Below, in pieces: positions 28,927 to 39,788 of a DNA stretch of 64,000 nucleotides. The stretch is taken from the NCBI GenBank assembly GCA_964493715.1, contig CAZBPC010000003.1, positions 32,001 to 96,000 of the forward strand. Direction: 5' to 3'. Under the pieces are notes generated by a model, which did not search any database, was not told the DNA's origin, and saw only the letters and a program-made list of their open reading frames with translations. The stretch comes from an uncultured archaeon. Lineage in GTDB: Archaea; Asgardarchaeota; Lokiarchaeia; Sigyniarchaeales; SOKP01. The position numbers and the translations under genes were made by a program. Within the stretch, counting starts at the first letter, position 1; every line of letters starts with the position of its first letter.

Positions 28927-30098
28927 ATTAATTCTTCTGCCTTTTCCCAAGCATAATTATTGCTTTTTTCAATTACAAGATTAATATTTTGACCCTTTAG
29001 AACAGCTTTTTTAACTTGATCAATAACTTTTTTCTCTATAAACTCTAACTTAGATAAATATTGATTTTTTAATACTTTTTTATCAAGTTCTCTAATGAAA
29101 CGAGAATGTCGCATCCAATACCAATCTGAATTTTGGTTTTTATAAGGTCTGGATTTTAATACATTTTGATTATCAATGGGGAATATGTATGGTTTATATA
29201 AGCTTAAACATGGAAGTGTGCTCCCAGTAAACCAATGAATAGAGTTATTTCCTCCTCTTTTCAGTTCAGAAACTTGAGATCCCGTTGATTCCAATCCACC
29301 ATGCATACATATCCCAACATCATGTTCTCTTAAAAATCCCATCATCAATGATTGTTCGATTTTACCAATATTTTCTTTTAGTAATAATCTGGACTTCCCT
29401 CCACGTGAAAGTGGATTAAGAATATTAGATGGATGACTTCCTGAAAAAGTGGTAACAAAATCAAAATCATTATCATCTTTACAATACCCCATTTCAATCG
29501 CATGAGTGATAATCCCTTCACGTCTAAAATCTCCTTTTCCACGTATTGATATCCCATTTGAGATTGACCTTACATCAATAACTTTCTCAACCACCCACCA
29601 ATCATCAGCAGTTTCTAAAACATATGCCTCTTTAGAATCCGCGATAATAAAAGAATTATGATAAGTCCAGGTAGAATCTTCATAAGAACATTTACCTCCT
29701 TGATGATATTTTTCTAATAATTCTGTAATGATTTTAGTTGAATTAAATGCAGAATTACCTCGTTCTAATCCTAGGCGGAGGAGGTCCATCCCAAGTAAAC
29801 CTTCGTTTCTTAATGGCTCATGTGTATATACTGCTTCATTTCCTATAACTACACCATATTCATTTGCTCCCATTTCAGCACCCCACATCCAAAAAGGTTG
29901 ACTAAGAAGAACTGCTGCTGTTTCTTTTACTTGAGGTATTGATACATGGGTGCATTTAACCATATCTCCCTCAGGATAATGAGATTTAGGCATATAGGTG
30001 ATTAATTGTATTTCATTCCGGGGACGATCGCTATTTTTACCAAAAATTACATTTCCATTATCAGTACTATTTCCCAAAGCTATTAATGTGTCACACAT
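28917..30098 (-). CDS. Secernin / C69 dipeptidase (Ntn hydrolase)
   Basis: MCDT (Cys nucleophile), FGKNSDR, WMWGAEMGANEYGVVIGNEA, LLGMDLLRLGLER. Confidence 0.9.
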   Translation of the reverse strand: MCDTLIALGNSTDNGNVIFGKNSDRPRNEIQLITYMPKSHYPEGDMVKCTHVSIPQVKETAAVLLSQPFWMWGAEMGANEYGVVIGNEAVYTHEPLRNEGLLGMDLLRLGLERGNSAFNSTKIITELLEKYHQGGKCSYEDSTWTYHNSFIIADSKEAYVLETADDWWVVEKVIDVRSISNGISIRGKGDFRREGIITHAIEMGYCKDDNDFDFVTTFSGSHPSNILNPLSRGGKSRLLLKENIGKIEQSLMMGFLREHDVGICMHGGLESTGSQVSELKRGGNNSIHWFTGSTLPCLSLYKPYIFPIDNQNVLKSRPYKNQNSDWYWMRHSRFIRELDKKVLKNQYLSKLEFIEKKVIDQVKKAVLKGQNINLVIEKSNNYAWEKAEELIYL

Positions 30099-30236
30099 CG
30101 CACTATTTTCTTGCTTTTATAATAATAAGAAATCATTCAAATACCATTATGCTAATATTAAAGTTCGGTTTGTAAACAATAAATAATATTTATGATTTTT
30201 AAATTAAATAATTAATAATATGTAATTATAAGAACC

Positions 30237-32039
30237 ATGCTAAACATTTGGATCTTAACATTTGAATTTGCGGGTGTTGCAAAATTTGGTGGATTGGGAG
30301 AAGTACCAGCAAACCAAGCAAAGCATCTCTCCGATACTCATAATATAACTGTTTTTATGCCCTCCCATGGACAAGTTGATAGATTAAAAGACAAATATGA
30401 GTGGACTAAATTACCAATATCTTGTGCAGGAGAGATTGATGGTATACAACTGGGATTAGAAGCACCAAAAATAGAATATGAAATTTCATTTTTTCAATTT
30501 AAAATTAGAGACATAAGAATAATTTTATTAAGTGGTGAAAATTCCGCAAGCAGATTTTTTCTTGATGATAAAACAATTTATGATCCTGATACAATAAAAG
30601 GAAAGATTTGTCTGTATTCACATGGAATGAAATGTTTTTCAAATTATATTTTAAATAATCAATTGAATAAAGATCTTCCAGATGTTTGTCATTTACATGA
30701 TTATCATGTTGTATTACCCTATATTGCTTTAAAACAAGAGTTTACAAAAAATAAGTTGGAAGTTTCTTCAATATTGACAATCCATCTATTAACGTGGCCT
30801 AGGTTTGGATTGGATTATTATAGTTCATGTGGTATTGATTCTTCTCTAATCAAAATACGAATGAAAAAAGGCTTTAAGTTATTGAAATTGGAGGATATCA
30901 TCGCGTTATGTTATAATGATCTAAATTGGAATCGACCACATGAGCCTCCTACAGTAGAAAAAGTTGGAGCCTTAACATGTGATATGGTCACTAGTGTAAG
31001 CCAGTCCTATTTAAATTCGGATATTATCCCCAATTGTGGGGGAGATTTAATAGACTTTAAAGCTGATTTTATATGGGATGGATGTGATTGGGAATATCAT
31101 GATATAGTTGTATCCGTGTTGAATAATATTGGCGAAGATTTACGTAACTTCTTAGAAATTGACTCAAAAGCTCCAATCTCGAAAAGTCATATTAAAAAAT
31201 ATTTATTACAATATAAAATTGGAAATTTAAGCCAGAGTCCATTAATAAGTTCCAAAAAGGTATTGGATACTATTAATGAAATTTCAAACGGAAATCCATT
31301 CATCAAGAATGGAACTATTAGACCCTTTATGGAATCTGGACCTTTATTGTTAACTACTGGGAGAATTTCTCCCCAAAAAGGATTTGAAACGATTTTTAAA
31401 TCGGTAGACTTGGTAACTAAAGAAATTCCCGATGCAAAATTTCTATTTTTAATTTTACCGACAGACTACAGTTTATCTGAAATAATTAGTTATGCTCAAT
31501 ATGTAAAAGATAATCCAAATAATTTAAGGATCATTTTTGGGGTTGCTTCTGATATTTTTTATTTAGCACATATCGCTGCTGATGTATATTGCGCTGTCTC
31601 ACGATGGGAACCATTTGGTATCATGGCTCTCGAAGCAATGGCATCAAAACTACCAGTAATCGCTTCAAAAGTTGGAGGATTGCAGGAAACAATTGTAGAT
31701 GTAAGAGATTTTCCGGAAATCGGAACAGGAATTTTAATTGAGAAAGACGATCATATCCAGTTGGCTCATGCTATTATTTCCCTCTTTAAATCTGCAGAAA
31801 TTGCCGAAAAAACTAATCAATTGAAGGCTAATACTATTTTCACGCCTGAACTCCTTAGATTAGCAAATCAAATTCCGGATGAAATAATAAAATCAAGGGT
31901 GTTAGTTAATCCAAGTTTTTATGATATTATCAGAGAAAATTGTTATAAAAGAGTAAAGGAAAATTTTACTTGGGAGATAGTTACTAAAAAATTAATATCT
32001 TTATATGATTTCTTAGCAAAACAGAGTTTTTATCTTTGA
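30237..32039 (+). CDS. glgA: Glycogen/starch synthase (GT5)
   Basis: KFGGLGEV, HLHDYH, GRISPQKG, SRWEPFGIMALEAM. Confidence 0.85.
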   Translation: MLNIWILTFEFAGVAKFGGLGEVPANQAKHLSDTHNITVFMPSHGQVDRLKDKYEWTKLPISCAGEIDGIQLGLEAPKIEYEISFFQFKIRDIRIILLSGENSASRFFLDDKTIYDPDTIKGKICLYSHGMKCFSNYILNNQLNKDLPDVCHLHDYHVVLPYIALKQEFTKNKLEVSSILTIHLLTWPRFGLDYYSSCGIDSSLIKIRMKKGFKLLKLEDIIALCYNDLNWNRPHEPPTVEKVGALTCDMVTSVSQSYLNSDIIPNCGGDLIDFKADFIWDGCDWEYHDIVVSVLNNIGEDLRNFLEIDSKAPISKSHIKKYLLQYKIGNLSQSPLISSKKVLDTINEISNGNPFIKNGTIRPFMESGPLLLTTGRISPQKGFETIFKSVDLVTKEIPDAKFLFLILPTDYSLSEIISYAQYVKDNPNNLRIIFGVASDIFYLAHIAADVYCAVSRWEPFGIMALEAMASKLPVIASKVGGLQETIVDVRDFPEIGTGILIEKDDHIQLAHAIISLFKSAEIAEKTNQLKANTIFTPELLRLANQIPDEIIKSRVLVNPSFYDIIRENCYKRVKENFTWEIVTKKLISLYDFLAKQSFYL

Positions 32040-32047
32040 AAAAGAAA

Positions 32048-34027
32048 TTATGAGTTCCAAAAAGGATATAATACATTGCTTATTGCATTAGCTTCGTCAG
32101 GTATAATTTGAAGCTCCTTCCGCGCCCATTCTGATATCCATTTAGATTTTTGCTTAAATCTTGAATCCATAAAAATTATTGAGCCTTTATCCTTAATTTT
32201 TCTGATGGGTCGTCCAGAAGCTTGATTAGCGCGTTGTATAGCTGGGAAGAGATAAGCAAAATCCCATCCTCTTCCATTAAAAGCCTTGTCATAATAAGCA
32301 ATTTTGGCTTTAACTCGTGGCGTAGGTAGATGATAAGGAAATCCTGCAATGATCACTGAATTCATATAATTTCCGGGATAATCTTCTCCTTCTGAATTTC
32401 TCCCTCCACATACTCCAAGTAAAATAGCTCCTTGATTGGGTAGAGAACCCATGGATTTAAAATCATTAACCATTAAGGCATTTTCAGATGCGGATAATCC
32501 AGATTCTTCAACAAATAATTTCTTATTATATTTCCGAGCGAGATAAGAAATACCACTTGAAAATAATGAATTAAGTATTTTATATGAAGCGCAAAAAATT
32601 CCTGTATTTGCAGGTGTAGAATAGATCACTTCCTCTATTTTAAGTATCATTTTTTTATATGTCTCAGGATTTCTATTAACTCCCCGAGTATCTACTCCCT
32701 CAGTAATAAGAACTTTAATATTTTCTTTATTAAAAGGAGATCCGCCATTAATTTCTTCATAACCCTTGCCAGTTTGTTTTAATCCCATTATATTATTATA
32801 TACTTGAGAGTTCACAGTACCAGAGAGGTTCACACTTGTATGAACTTCTTTTAAAACAGGAATAACCATCTCTCTCGGATCAAGAGCGACTATCTCAAGA
32901 GAAATATTGGGATTCTTGCGTGTATCACTTATATTATAACAAAAAAAGTAATTCTCTAATATATAACTATTAATCCACTTTAACCAAAAATCCGCAAAGC
33001 TCCCAACAAAATCTTTTGAGATCTCTCCGTTTGTCAATCTTTCTTCATGAATAGATACACTAAAATCATGAATTTCTTCGATAAAATTTTTAAATTCTGT
33101 TAGTGAGCGAAATTGTAATCTTTTAGTAATTTGATTCAAGAAAACTTCAGGATCAATCTTTTGTTCAGAATCTTGAATGTTTACTTTTTTTTTATTTAGG
33201 TGAGATGCCAATAATTCCACAAATTCTTGCATAAGTGGAGGTGAACGATACATTTCTAAATCTCTTAGGCATAAATTTAAAGAATACGGTGTCAACCTTT
33301 TAGAATTTATCTCAGTTGCTACATCTATTAAATTATGACACTCATCGATGACTAATATACAATTTTGAAGATCCTCTTCTATAAAAGATAGGAAATTTTC
33401 TCGTATATGAGGATTAAAGATCCACTGATAATTGCATATTATAAGTTTCATCTTATTTAGAAGAAATTTACTAAGGAAGTAAGGACAGAGACTCTTATCT
33501 TTACATATATTGATAAGTTCTTCAGCATCAATTGGATTTTCTAAGATTTTAGGATCAATGAGAACAGGGTTGTCCCGTTCATCTCTTTTTTTAGTTAGGT
33601 TAACAAAATATTTGCAATTTCTATTTTGTCTAAGATCGCTACACACAGACATGGATTCTTTTGGACCTAATTTTAGCTTAAGTAGCATCTCATTTAAACA
33701 CATTTCATTTCTTCCCCGAATTGAAATACCACTCACTTTGTGGTTATTACCTTTTTCTTTACGAAAATTAGAAATTCTGGTTAGTTCTTTAATGATTCTT
33801 GTATTTTGAGCGTGAGTTCTACAAGTATATATTATTTTTAGATCTTTCTCGTATGCTAAAGGTAATAGGGCACTTAATGCTATGATTGTTTTACCGCTTC
33901 CATTTGGGGCAACTAGTAGCGTATTTTTACTTTCTCTTGATGATAGTTCTATTTTTTTGATGATACTTTCTTGTTCTTGCCTAAAATTTTTGTATGGAAA
34001 GAAATCAAGGTATTTCATATTATACAC
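32048..34027 (-). CDS. xpd: XPD/Rad3 FeS DNA helicase
   Basis: Q motif, APNGSGKT, four FeS Cys, IDECHN, SEGED, QASGRPIR. Confidence 0.9.
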   Translation of the reverse strand: MYNMKYLDFFPYKNFRQEQESIIKKIELSSRESKNTLLVAPNGSGKTIIALSALLPLAYEKDLKIIYTCRTHAQNTRIIKELTRISNFRKEKGNNHKVSGISIRGRNEMCLNEMLLKLKLGPKESMSVCSDLRQNRNCKYFVNLTKKRDERDNPVLIDPKILENPIDAEELINICKDKSLCPYFLSKFLLNKMKLIICNYQWIFNPHIRENFLSFIEEDLQNCILVIDECHNLIDVATEINSKRLTPYSLNLCLRDLEMYRSPPLMQEFVELLASHLNKKKVNIQDSEQKIDPEVFLNQITKRLQFRSLTEFKNFIEEIHDFSVSIHEERLTNGEISKDFVGSFADFWLKWINSYILENYFFCYNISDTRKNPNISLEIVALDPREMVIPVLKEVHTSVNLSGTVNSQVYNNIMGLKQTGKGYEEINGGSPFNKENIKVLITEGVDTRGVNRNPETYKKMILKIEEVIYSTPANTGIFCASYKILNSLFSSGISYLARKYNKKLFVEESGLSASENALMVNDFKSMGSLPNQGAILLGVCGGRNSEGEDYPGNYMNSVIIAGFPYHLPTPRVKAKIAYYDKAFNGRGWDFAYLFPAIQRANQASGRPIRKIKDKGSIIFMDSRFKQKSKWISEWARKELQIIPDEANAISNVLYPFWNS

Positions 34028-34123
34028 TTTGGTATAGTGGCGCGTGATATTAAGATTTTTTCTATAGTTTATATTAGCAAAGAGTATAAAAGTTTAATTA
34101 TTAAGAAAATTTAGATAGAAATT

Positions 34124-35005
34124 ATGAAGGAAAATAATTCGAATGATGAACCCTTGCCCCTAAAAGATATTTTGAATGAAAATTTACTTCGGGATATGAT
34201 TTTATTTGTTGTCTTGTTTTTATTTATTCTCACTCAATTATGGAATGATCTTTTCTTACTTATCTATCCTCTCATATTATTTACACTGTCCATGACATTC
34301 AGAATTATTAATACGAATAAATGGAGAGTTTATTTAGCAAATGGAATGATAATTTATAATCCCTTGGGATCTGAAAAAAAAATTGCGGATAGATTGTTCT
34401 TTTCATCAATGTTATTGCTTATCTTGTTATTTTGGATAGGTTCAGAGTCAATATCCCATCCTCAATTAATAGATGATTATAATTTTTATTTTAATATTTT
34501 ATTCATATTAATTTACACTTTTGGTTTTTATTGGATCCTTATTGATATATGGAAATATGCTAAAATCGAAATTCTCATTAGAGAAGAGAGGGAGACACAA
34601 AACCAAAACATAAATAAAGTTCTCTCTTCTCTTGGAAGAGAAAAATCTATCCATTTATCAATAATAAACCTGATTGCCTTTATAGTGTTAAACGGAGTAA
34701 ATGTTTTAATAGCAGTTCTTATGCATTTCAATCTCATATCCAGTATCCCTTACTATTTACCTGGTACGGGCATAGAAGGATCTCTTCCTTTAGATATATC
34801 TATTTTTTATTTATTTTTTATGATTATATCTCCTTGTCTAACAGGTTTATTTCTACTCATAATATATCGTAAGATCCAAGATTTTGATATTGATGTTCTT
34901 AATGACATGATTCAATCCCTTCCTGAAAGTGAAAGAAATGAGATTTTGCTTAATTTTTCAAATCTTAATAAAAAATATAATAATATCTTTAATCAACAGC
35001 AATAA
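34124..35005 (+). CDS. Hypothetical multi-pass membrane protein (~6 TM)
   Basis: 293-aa ORF with several hydrophobic helices; 37 bp upstream of a GTPase gene. Confidence 0.7.
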   Translation: MKENNSNDEPLPLKDILNENLLRDMILFVVLFLFILTQLWNDLFLLIYPLILFTLSMTFRIINTNKWRVYLANGMIIYNPLGSEKKIADRLFFSSMLLLILLFWIGSESISHPQLIDDYNFYFNILFILIYTFGFYWILIDIWKYAKIEILIREERETQNQNINKVLSSLGREKSIHLSIINLIAFIVLNGVNVLIAVLMHFNLISSIPYYLPGTGIEGSLPLDISIFYLFFMIISPCLTGLFLLIIYRKIQDFDIDVLNDMIQSLPESERNEILLNFSNLNKKYNNIFNQQQ

Positions 35006-35042
35006 AGATTTATAAAAATCCAATTTATTATTTATTATACTA

Positions 35043-35573
35043 ATGAGCCAATCAAAAAGATATGTATTTAAAATTGTCGTCGTTGGAGATGGTGGGATTG
35101 GAAAAAGCACCATGATACAACGCTTAATTACTGGAAAATATATTGAACAAAAAATAACTATTGGGACTGATTTGGCTAGTTGGAGTTTAGGTATGGCTGA
35201 TATGTCAATTAAACTTCAAATTTGGGATTTTGCTGGTGAGAAACGATTTCGTTTCTTTTTACCGAGCTATTCTAGAGGCGCTGAAGGATGTTTGCTCTGC
35301 TATGACATTACAAGATATACAAGTTTTCAGAACCTTCAGGAATGGTATGATATCGTTAAAAACAACACTTCAGATCCCCGATTTGTGCTCGTTGGTGGAA
35401 AAGTCGATTTAGCTGACTCAAGAAGGACTGTTCAATTTAAAGAAGCAGAAGAGTTTCAAAAATCACATGATATAGCATATTCTTTTGAAACATCAAGCAA
35501 ATCCGGTTATAATACTGAAGAAATATTTGAAACTTTAGCCAAATTCATCCTAAAAAAAAGGAAGATAATTTAA
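35043..35573 (+). CDS. Rab-like small GTPase
   Basis: GDGGIGKS, TIGTD, WDFAGEKRF, GGKVD, ETSSK; polybasic end KKRKII. Confidence 0.92.
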   Translation: MSQSKRYVFKIVVVGDGGIGKSTMIQRLITGKYIEQKITIGTDLASWSLGMADMSIKLQIWDFAGEKRFRFFLPSYSRGAEGCLLCYDITRYTSFQNLQEWYDIVKNNTSDPRFVLVGGKVDLADSRRTVQFKEAEEFQKSHDIAYSFETSSKSGYNTEEIFETLAKFILKKRKII

Positions 35574-35587
35574 AAAAAGAGAATAAA

Positions 35588-36529
35588 TTATTCCAATAAA
35601 TCTTTTAAATCATCAATATTCAATTCTAAATACTTAGCCTTAATATTGTCTTTCCCAACGAGAGTCTTGAAGTTCTTCCTTCTCTTCTTGTTAATAAAGT
35701 TCTTCATTTCACTTAAATCGGGTTCTTTAATCGTGATCTCTATATATTTTTGTTTTAATGCATGATCTATGACTTTTTTACCAACATCTGTTCTGATTAT
35801 TAAGAATGCTTCATCACTTCCTTTAGGTGCCCCCCATGGACTAAATGAAATATCTGAGAATTCTCCAGAAAAATCGGTGCAATATTTACATCCACTCATT
35901 CCCCCAGAGGAGCAAGCAAAAGCGATTTTTAAAGATGTTCGTTCAGCACCAGTATTAAAATCTGAAGCTAGAATTTTACCTAAACCTTGAAAATGACACG
36001 GGTTGCCTAAGATGCCTATTTCTCTCTTTTTATCCTTATATGCCTTTCCAATACCTGTTATCAATGGTCCAGCATTATCCATTGTTTTTTTTGGAATATA
36101 TTTTTTTGCATCCTTTGCATTATCTACTACGACAGGGAATGCCACTGGAGGTTTTGTGCTTTTTGGTTCACTTAATACGAAATGCTTTACAACCCCAGAC
36201 TCAAAAGCAGAAAGCACGAGATTGTATAAAATACTATCCTTTGTTTTTGATTTTACTTGTATGATATCCTTATAAACTCCAATGGCTAAATCAATTCGCT
36301 TTTGACCAAAGAGTTTTTGCTCGATTTCAGACACTGGAAGAAAACTTCTTGGACAAGCATTATAACATAATCCTACAGTCTCAGTACATTCATCAACAAC
36401 GTAAGCTTCTCCTGTCTTCTCGTTGAAATCCATATGAGGACAAAAGGCATTACAACTTCCACAATGAATGCATAAATCAGCATATATTACTTCATTTTCA
36501 AGATCTTGACTGGATTTTTCTATTTTCAT
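35588..36529 (-). CDS. FrhB/FdhB-family F420-binding subunit with N-terminal ferredoxin
   Basis: CIHCGSCNAFCP..CYNACPR, GNPCH, CKYCTDFSGEFSDIS, IIRTDVG. Confidence 0.8.
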   Translation of the reverse strand: MKIEKSSQDLENEVIYADLCIHCGSCNAFCPHMDFNEKTGEAYVVDECTETVGLCYNACPRSFLPVSEIEQKLFGQKRIDLAIGVYKDIIQVKSKTKDSILYNLVLSAFESGVVKHFVLSEPKSTKPPVAFPVVVDNAKDAKKYIPKKTMDNAGPLITGIGKAYKDKKREIGILGNPCHFQGLGKILASDFNTGAERTSLKIAFACSSGGMSGCKYCTDFSGEFSDISFSPWGAPKGSDEAFLIIRTDVGKKVIDHALKQKYIEITIKEPDLSEMKNFINKKRRKNFKTLVGKDNIKAKYLELNIDDLKDLLE

Positions 36530-36679
36530 ACGATTTATTCACTTTCTCTTAAAATACATTTTTAAAAGGGTAAAAATAATTAATAGATAAAATATATTAT
36601 GAAATATAAAGGTGTAGATCTTTAGTGTGAAATTTCACTCTACCTTTAAAAACATTTAAACCACTTCTATTCCATAATC

Positions 36680-37255
36680 TTGATAATGAATGGTGACAAG
36701 ATTTTGTTTTATTTTACATTTTCAAGTCCTTTTGGTAGTTTAACAATTGTATGGAGAGATATAAATCTCCAAATAAAATTACATAGGATATTTCTCAGTG
36801 ATTCTGGAGCAAATTCTGAAGAGAAAGCATTTAGAGAATTTAATAATTTTCTACAAAGAGGGGAACCAACATTAATAGCATCAATAATAGAAAAAATCCA
36901 ACGTTTTTTAACGGGAAAGGAAGAAAGTTTTGATTTAGAATTACTTGATTTAAATAATTGTTATGAAATTCAGAAAAATGTACTTTTAGCAGAATTTCAG
37001 ATTCCAAGAGGATGGGTCAGCACATATAAACGTATCGCAATAAAAATTGGGGTTTTAAATGGTGCTAGAGTAGTTGGGAATGCTTTAGCAAGGAATCCCT
37101 TCCCAATCGTTATTCCATGTCATAGAGCAATAAAAACAAATGGTCAACTAGGAGGATTTCAAGGAGGAATTAAAATGAAACGGGCTTTATTAGAATTTGA
37201 AGGAATTAAGTTATCGGAAAATGGAAAAGTGACAACTAATAACATATATTATTGA
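36680..37255 (+). CDS. ogt: Methylated-DNA-protein-cysteine methyltransferase
   Basis: IPRGWVSTY, ARVVGNAL, IPCHRA. Confidence 0.92.
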   Translation: MIMNGDKILFYFTFSSPFGSLTIVWRDINLQIKLHRIFLSDSGANSEEKAFREFNNFLQRGEPTLIASIIEKIQRFLTGKEESFDLELLDLNNCYEIQKNVLLAEFQIPRGWVSTYKRIAIKIGVLNGARVVGNALARNPFPIVIPCHRAIKTNGQLGGFQGGIKMKRALLEFEGIKLSENGKVTTNNIYY

Positions 37256-37321
37256 GATTTATAAATATAAAATTTATGATGAGATATTAGAAAAAAAAGC
37301 ATGAAAAGGGAAATGGTAAAT

Positions 37322-38101
37322 CTAATTATATTTCTTTAGATAAGAGTACTCAAATATAGGATTCATTCCAAGATTTTTATATAAATTGAAGGCATTTTCA
37401 TTATCTTCTTCGACTTGCAACCAAACAATTTTTGCTCCTTTCTTATAGGTCCATTCTTGTAATAATCGATAAAGCATTGTGCTAGCTATATGTTTTCTTC
37501 GAAAATTTGGGTGAACCAATACGTCCGCAATATACAAGTATCTTTTTCGTACTAGCACTCCCATCATTGATGCAATAACCAATCCATTATATCTAACTAT
37601 TTCAAATAGTTTATCAGGAATTATAATTCTATTAGTTAGGTTTGAAATAATTTCTTGTTCATCCTTTGTCCAATGGGTAAATTCAATTACAAATTTAGAA
37701 AATTCCCTTTCTCTCTTGTCACAGAAATTATAATCGTAATTACTTTCTATAGTTGGAAAGGTTAAGTCTTGAACCGATGAAATCATCACTTTTGTAGGAG
37801 TGATAACATGATATCCGCGGGAGATCAATGAGGATTTTAGGTTCTTAGGCTCATGATAATCATGTATCATGAATGATGGTTTTAAATTCATTTTTTCATA
37901 GATTCTCTCCACTTCATCTATATCATCATCTAGATTATTACCCGTGTAATTTAGGGGAATAACTGCGTTTGCTCTATCAGTTATGCCTTCATTGTAGCGT
38001 AAAATCCATCCATTTAAAAAGTAATAACCTTTTGCTGGCCAGGAATTTAAAAAGATTTCTTGGATAGTTTTAACTTGCTCTATAGAATTCATTTGAATCA
38101 A
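37322..38101 (-). CDS. GNAT acetyltransferase (extended)
   Basis: GWILRYNEGITDRANAV; VHPNFRRKHIA; QVEEDNENAFNLYKNLG. Confidence 0.85.
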   Translation of the reverse strand: MIQMNSIEQVKTIQEIFLNSWPAKGYYFLNGWILRYNEGITDRANAVIPLNYTGNNLDDDIDEVERIYEKMNLKPSFMIHDYHEPKNLKSSLISRGYHVITPTKVMISSVQDLTFPTIESNYDYNFCDKREREFSKFVIEFTHWTKDEQEIISNLTNRIIIPDKLFEIVRYNGLVIASMMGVLVRKRYLYIADVLVHPNFRRKHIASTMLYRLLQEWTYKKGAKIVWLQVEEDNENAFNLYKNLGMNPIFEYSYLKKYN

Positions 38102-38141
38102 TATATAGAATTACATAGGAAATTTTAAACTTGTGAATCTA

Positions 38142-38441
38142 TTATTCACAGTCATTCTTGGATGAATCATTGGGTAGAAAACGGGAACAGGTATCATCCA
38201 GTTTTTTAAGTACGTGATCTCTATCTTTCCAAACTAACCAAGCACTCCCAGATTTTTCAAAGTGAAAGCCATCATATTCATCTTTCATTTTGACCAATAT
38301 TTTTTTAATAAAACTCCAAGATAATCTTGTTTTATCAACCACTTCAGCTATTGTAACAGGATGATTTATTTCAAGAACATTATTAAGGAAATAGAGAATC
38401 TTTTCTATTCCTGTTTTTGGGGCGGAATCATTGCCAGGCAT
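38142..38441 (-). CDS. Small winged-helix DNA-binding protein
   Basis: VTIAEVVDKTRLSWSFIKKIL HTH followed by beta wing (FEKSGSAWLVW). Confidence 0.6.
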   Translation of the reverse strand: MPGNDSAPKTGIEKILYFLNNVLEINHPVTIAEVVDKTRLSWSFIKKILVKMKDEYDGFHFEKSGSAWLVWKDRDHVLKKLDDTCSRFLPNDSSKNDCE

Positions 38442-38550
38442 TAATTATCAAATCTAATGATATAATTGAAGAAATATCTATTTTAAAATTAATTTATCTA
38501 ATTTAATTATTTTAAGTTAGAAATTCAAATAAAAAGTTATAGATATTAAT

Positions 38551-39750
38551 TCATTTTTTCAGCTGTATAAAAGCTCCCGTTGCCATTAATTTAGTTGGTT
38601 TAAGATAGTCTATCCCCGATTCTTTTGCAAAAGATTCCAACATTTTCGTCCATCTCTCATAATTTTTTTTCCCTGCATTGAATGGACCAGGCATATCCAT
38701 TCCAGCTAACATCGTATCATCAATAGTTTTATAATTAGAAACAATTCCTTCCTCTAAAAGTCTGCATCCCTCGTTTAATTGAATTGCATAATAAACTTCT
38801 GGATTGGATAATTCTGCTTTTCCTTCATATTTAGTAATCGGTTTTCCTTCACTCCATTCATAAATACCTTTTCCAGTTTTCCTTCCTAAGTTTCCTTCCT
38901 TAAGTAAGTTTGTGAGTGTTTTTCCTGGCTTAAATTCGGGTGAAATTGTTCTTGAAAAATAATACATAGTATCGCATACCACATCAAGGCCAAAGTAATC
39001 CCATTTAGCAAATGGACCTAAATCTGGGGAGGTTGCAAAATCATTATCAACCTTTTCATAAGGGATTGCTTTTTCAGTAGCCACATCTAATAACCAATTT
39101 AACAAAAGGCTAGAAGCAATCGTTAAGCGATTTACAATAAATCCGGGACTTTCTTTTTCAATTTTTGCGATATATCTTTTTCCTTTTAAGGCCGGTAATT
39201 TTTTACCTACTTCTATCGCAATTTCAAATGTTTTATTCGAGGTTTTCTCTCCTTTAATTACTTCTATTAATCTAAGTACGGGTATAGGAGTGAAAAAATG
39301 CATGCCTATAACTTGTTGGGGGCGATTAGAAGCTTCAGCTATTTTTGTAATACTCATTGTGGATGTATTTGTTGCTAAAATAGCATGCTTGGGAGAGTAT
39401 TTCCCCAGTTCATTAAAAATTTCAAGCTTGAGATCCATGTTTTCTGGTACAGATTCAACGATAAAGTCAGCATTCTCGACAGCTTTTTCGATGATCCTTT
39501 CTAAATGGAGGTTTTCTTTCAGTAATTTTGTTGTAGCTCGTTCATTCAACAAACCTTTTAATTCCATCTTTTTTAAACCATTCTCAATGAATTTGAGAGC
39601 TTTATCAAGAGTTTGTTGTGATCTACTAAATAAAACAACATTTTCAAAACCAGCCATAAGGGCAACTTGGGCAATTTCACGCCCCATAGTTCCGGCTCCT
39701 ATAACAGCGAATTGTTTAATCCAGTTAATATTATCCATTATTATATTCAA
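38551..39750 (-). CDS. 3-hydroxyacyl-CoA dehydrogenase (duplicated C-terminal domain)
   Basis: GAGTMG, ESVPE, ATNTS, GMHFF, PGFIVNR, LGRKTGKGIY. Confidence 0.9.
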   Translation of the reverse strand: MNIIMDNINWIKQFAVIGAGTMGREIAQVALMAGFENVVLFSRSQQTLDKALKFIENGLKKMELKGLLNERATTKLLKENLHLERIIEKAVENADFIVESVPENMDLKLEIFNELGKYSPKHAILATNTSTMSITKIAEASNRPQQVIGMHFFTPIPVLRLIEVIKGEKTSNKTFEIAIEVGKKLPALKGKRYIAKIEKESPGFIVNRLTIASSLLLNWLLDVATEKAIPYEKVDNDFATSPDLGPFAKWDYFGLDVVCDTMYYFSRTISPEFKPGKTLTNLLKEGNLGRKTGKGIYEWSEGKPITKYEGKAELSNPEVYYAIQLNEGCRLLEEGIVSNYKTIDDTMLAGMDMPGPFNAGKKNYERWTKMLESFAKESGIDYLKPTKLMATGAFIQLKK

Positions 39751-39788
39751 CTTTAAAATAATTTTATTAATTTAGTTTTTTAATTAAT

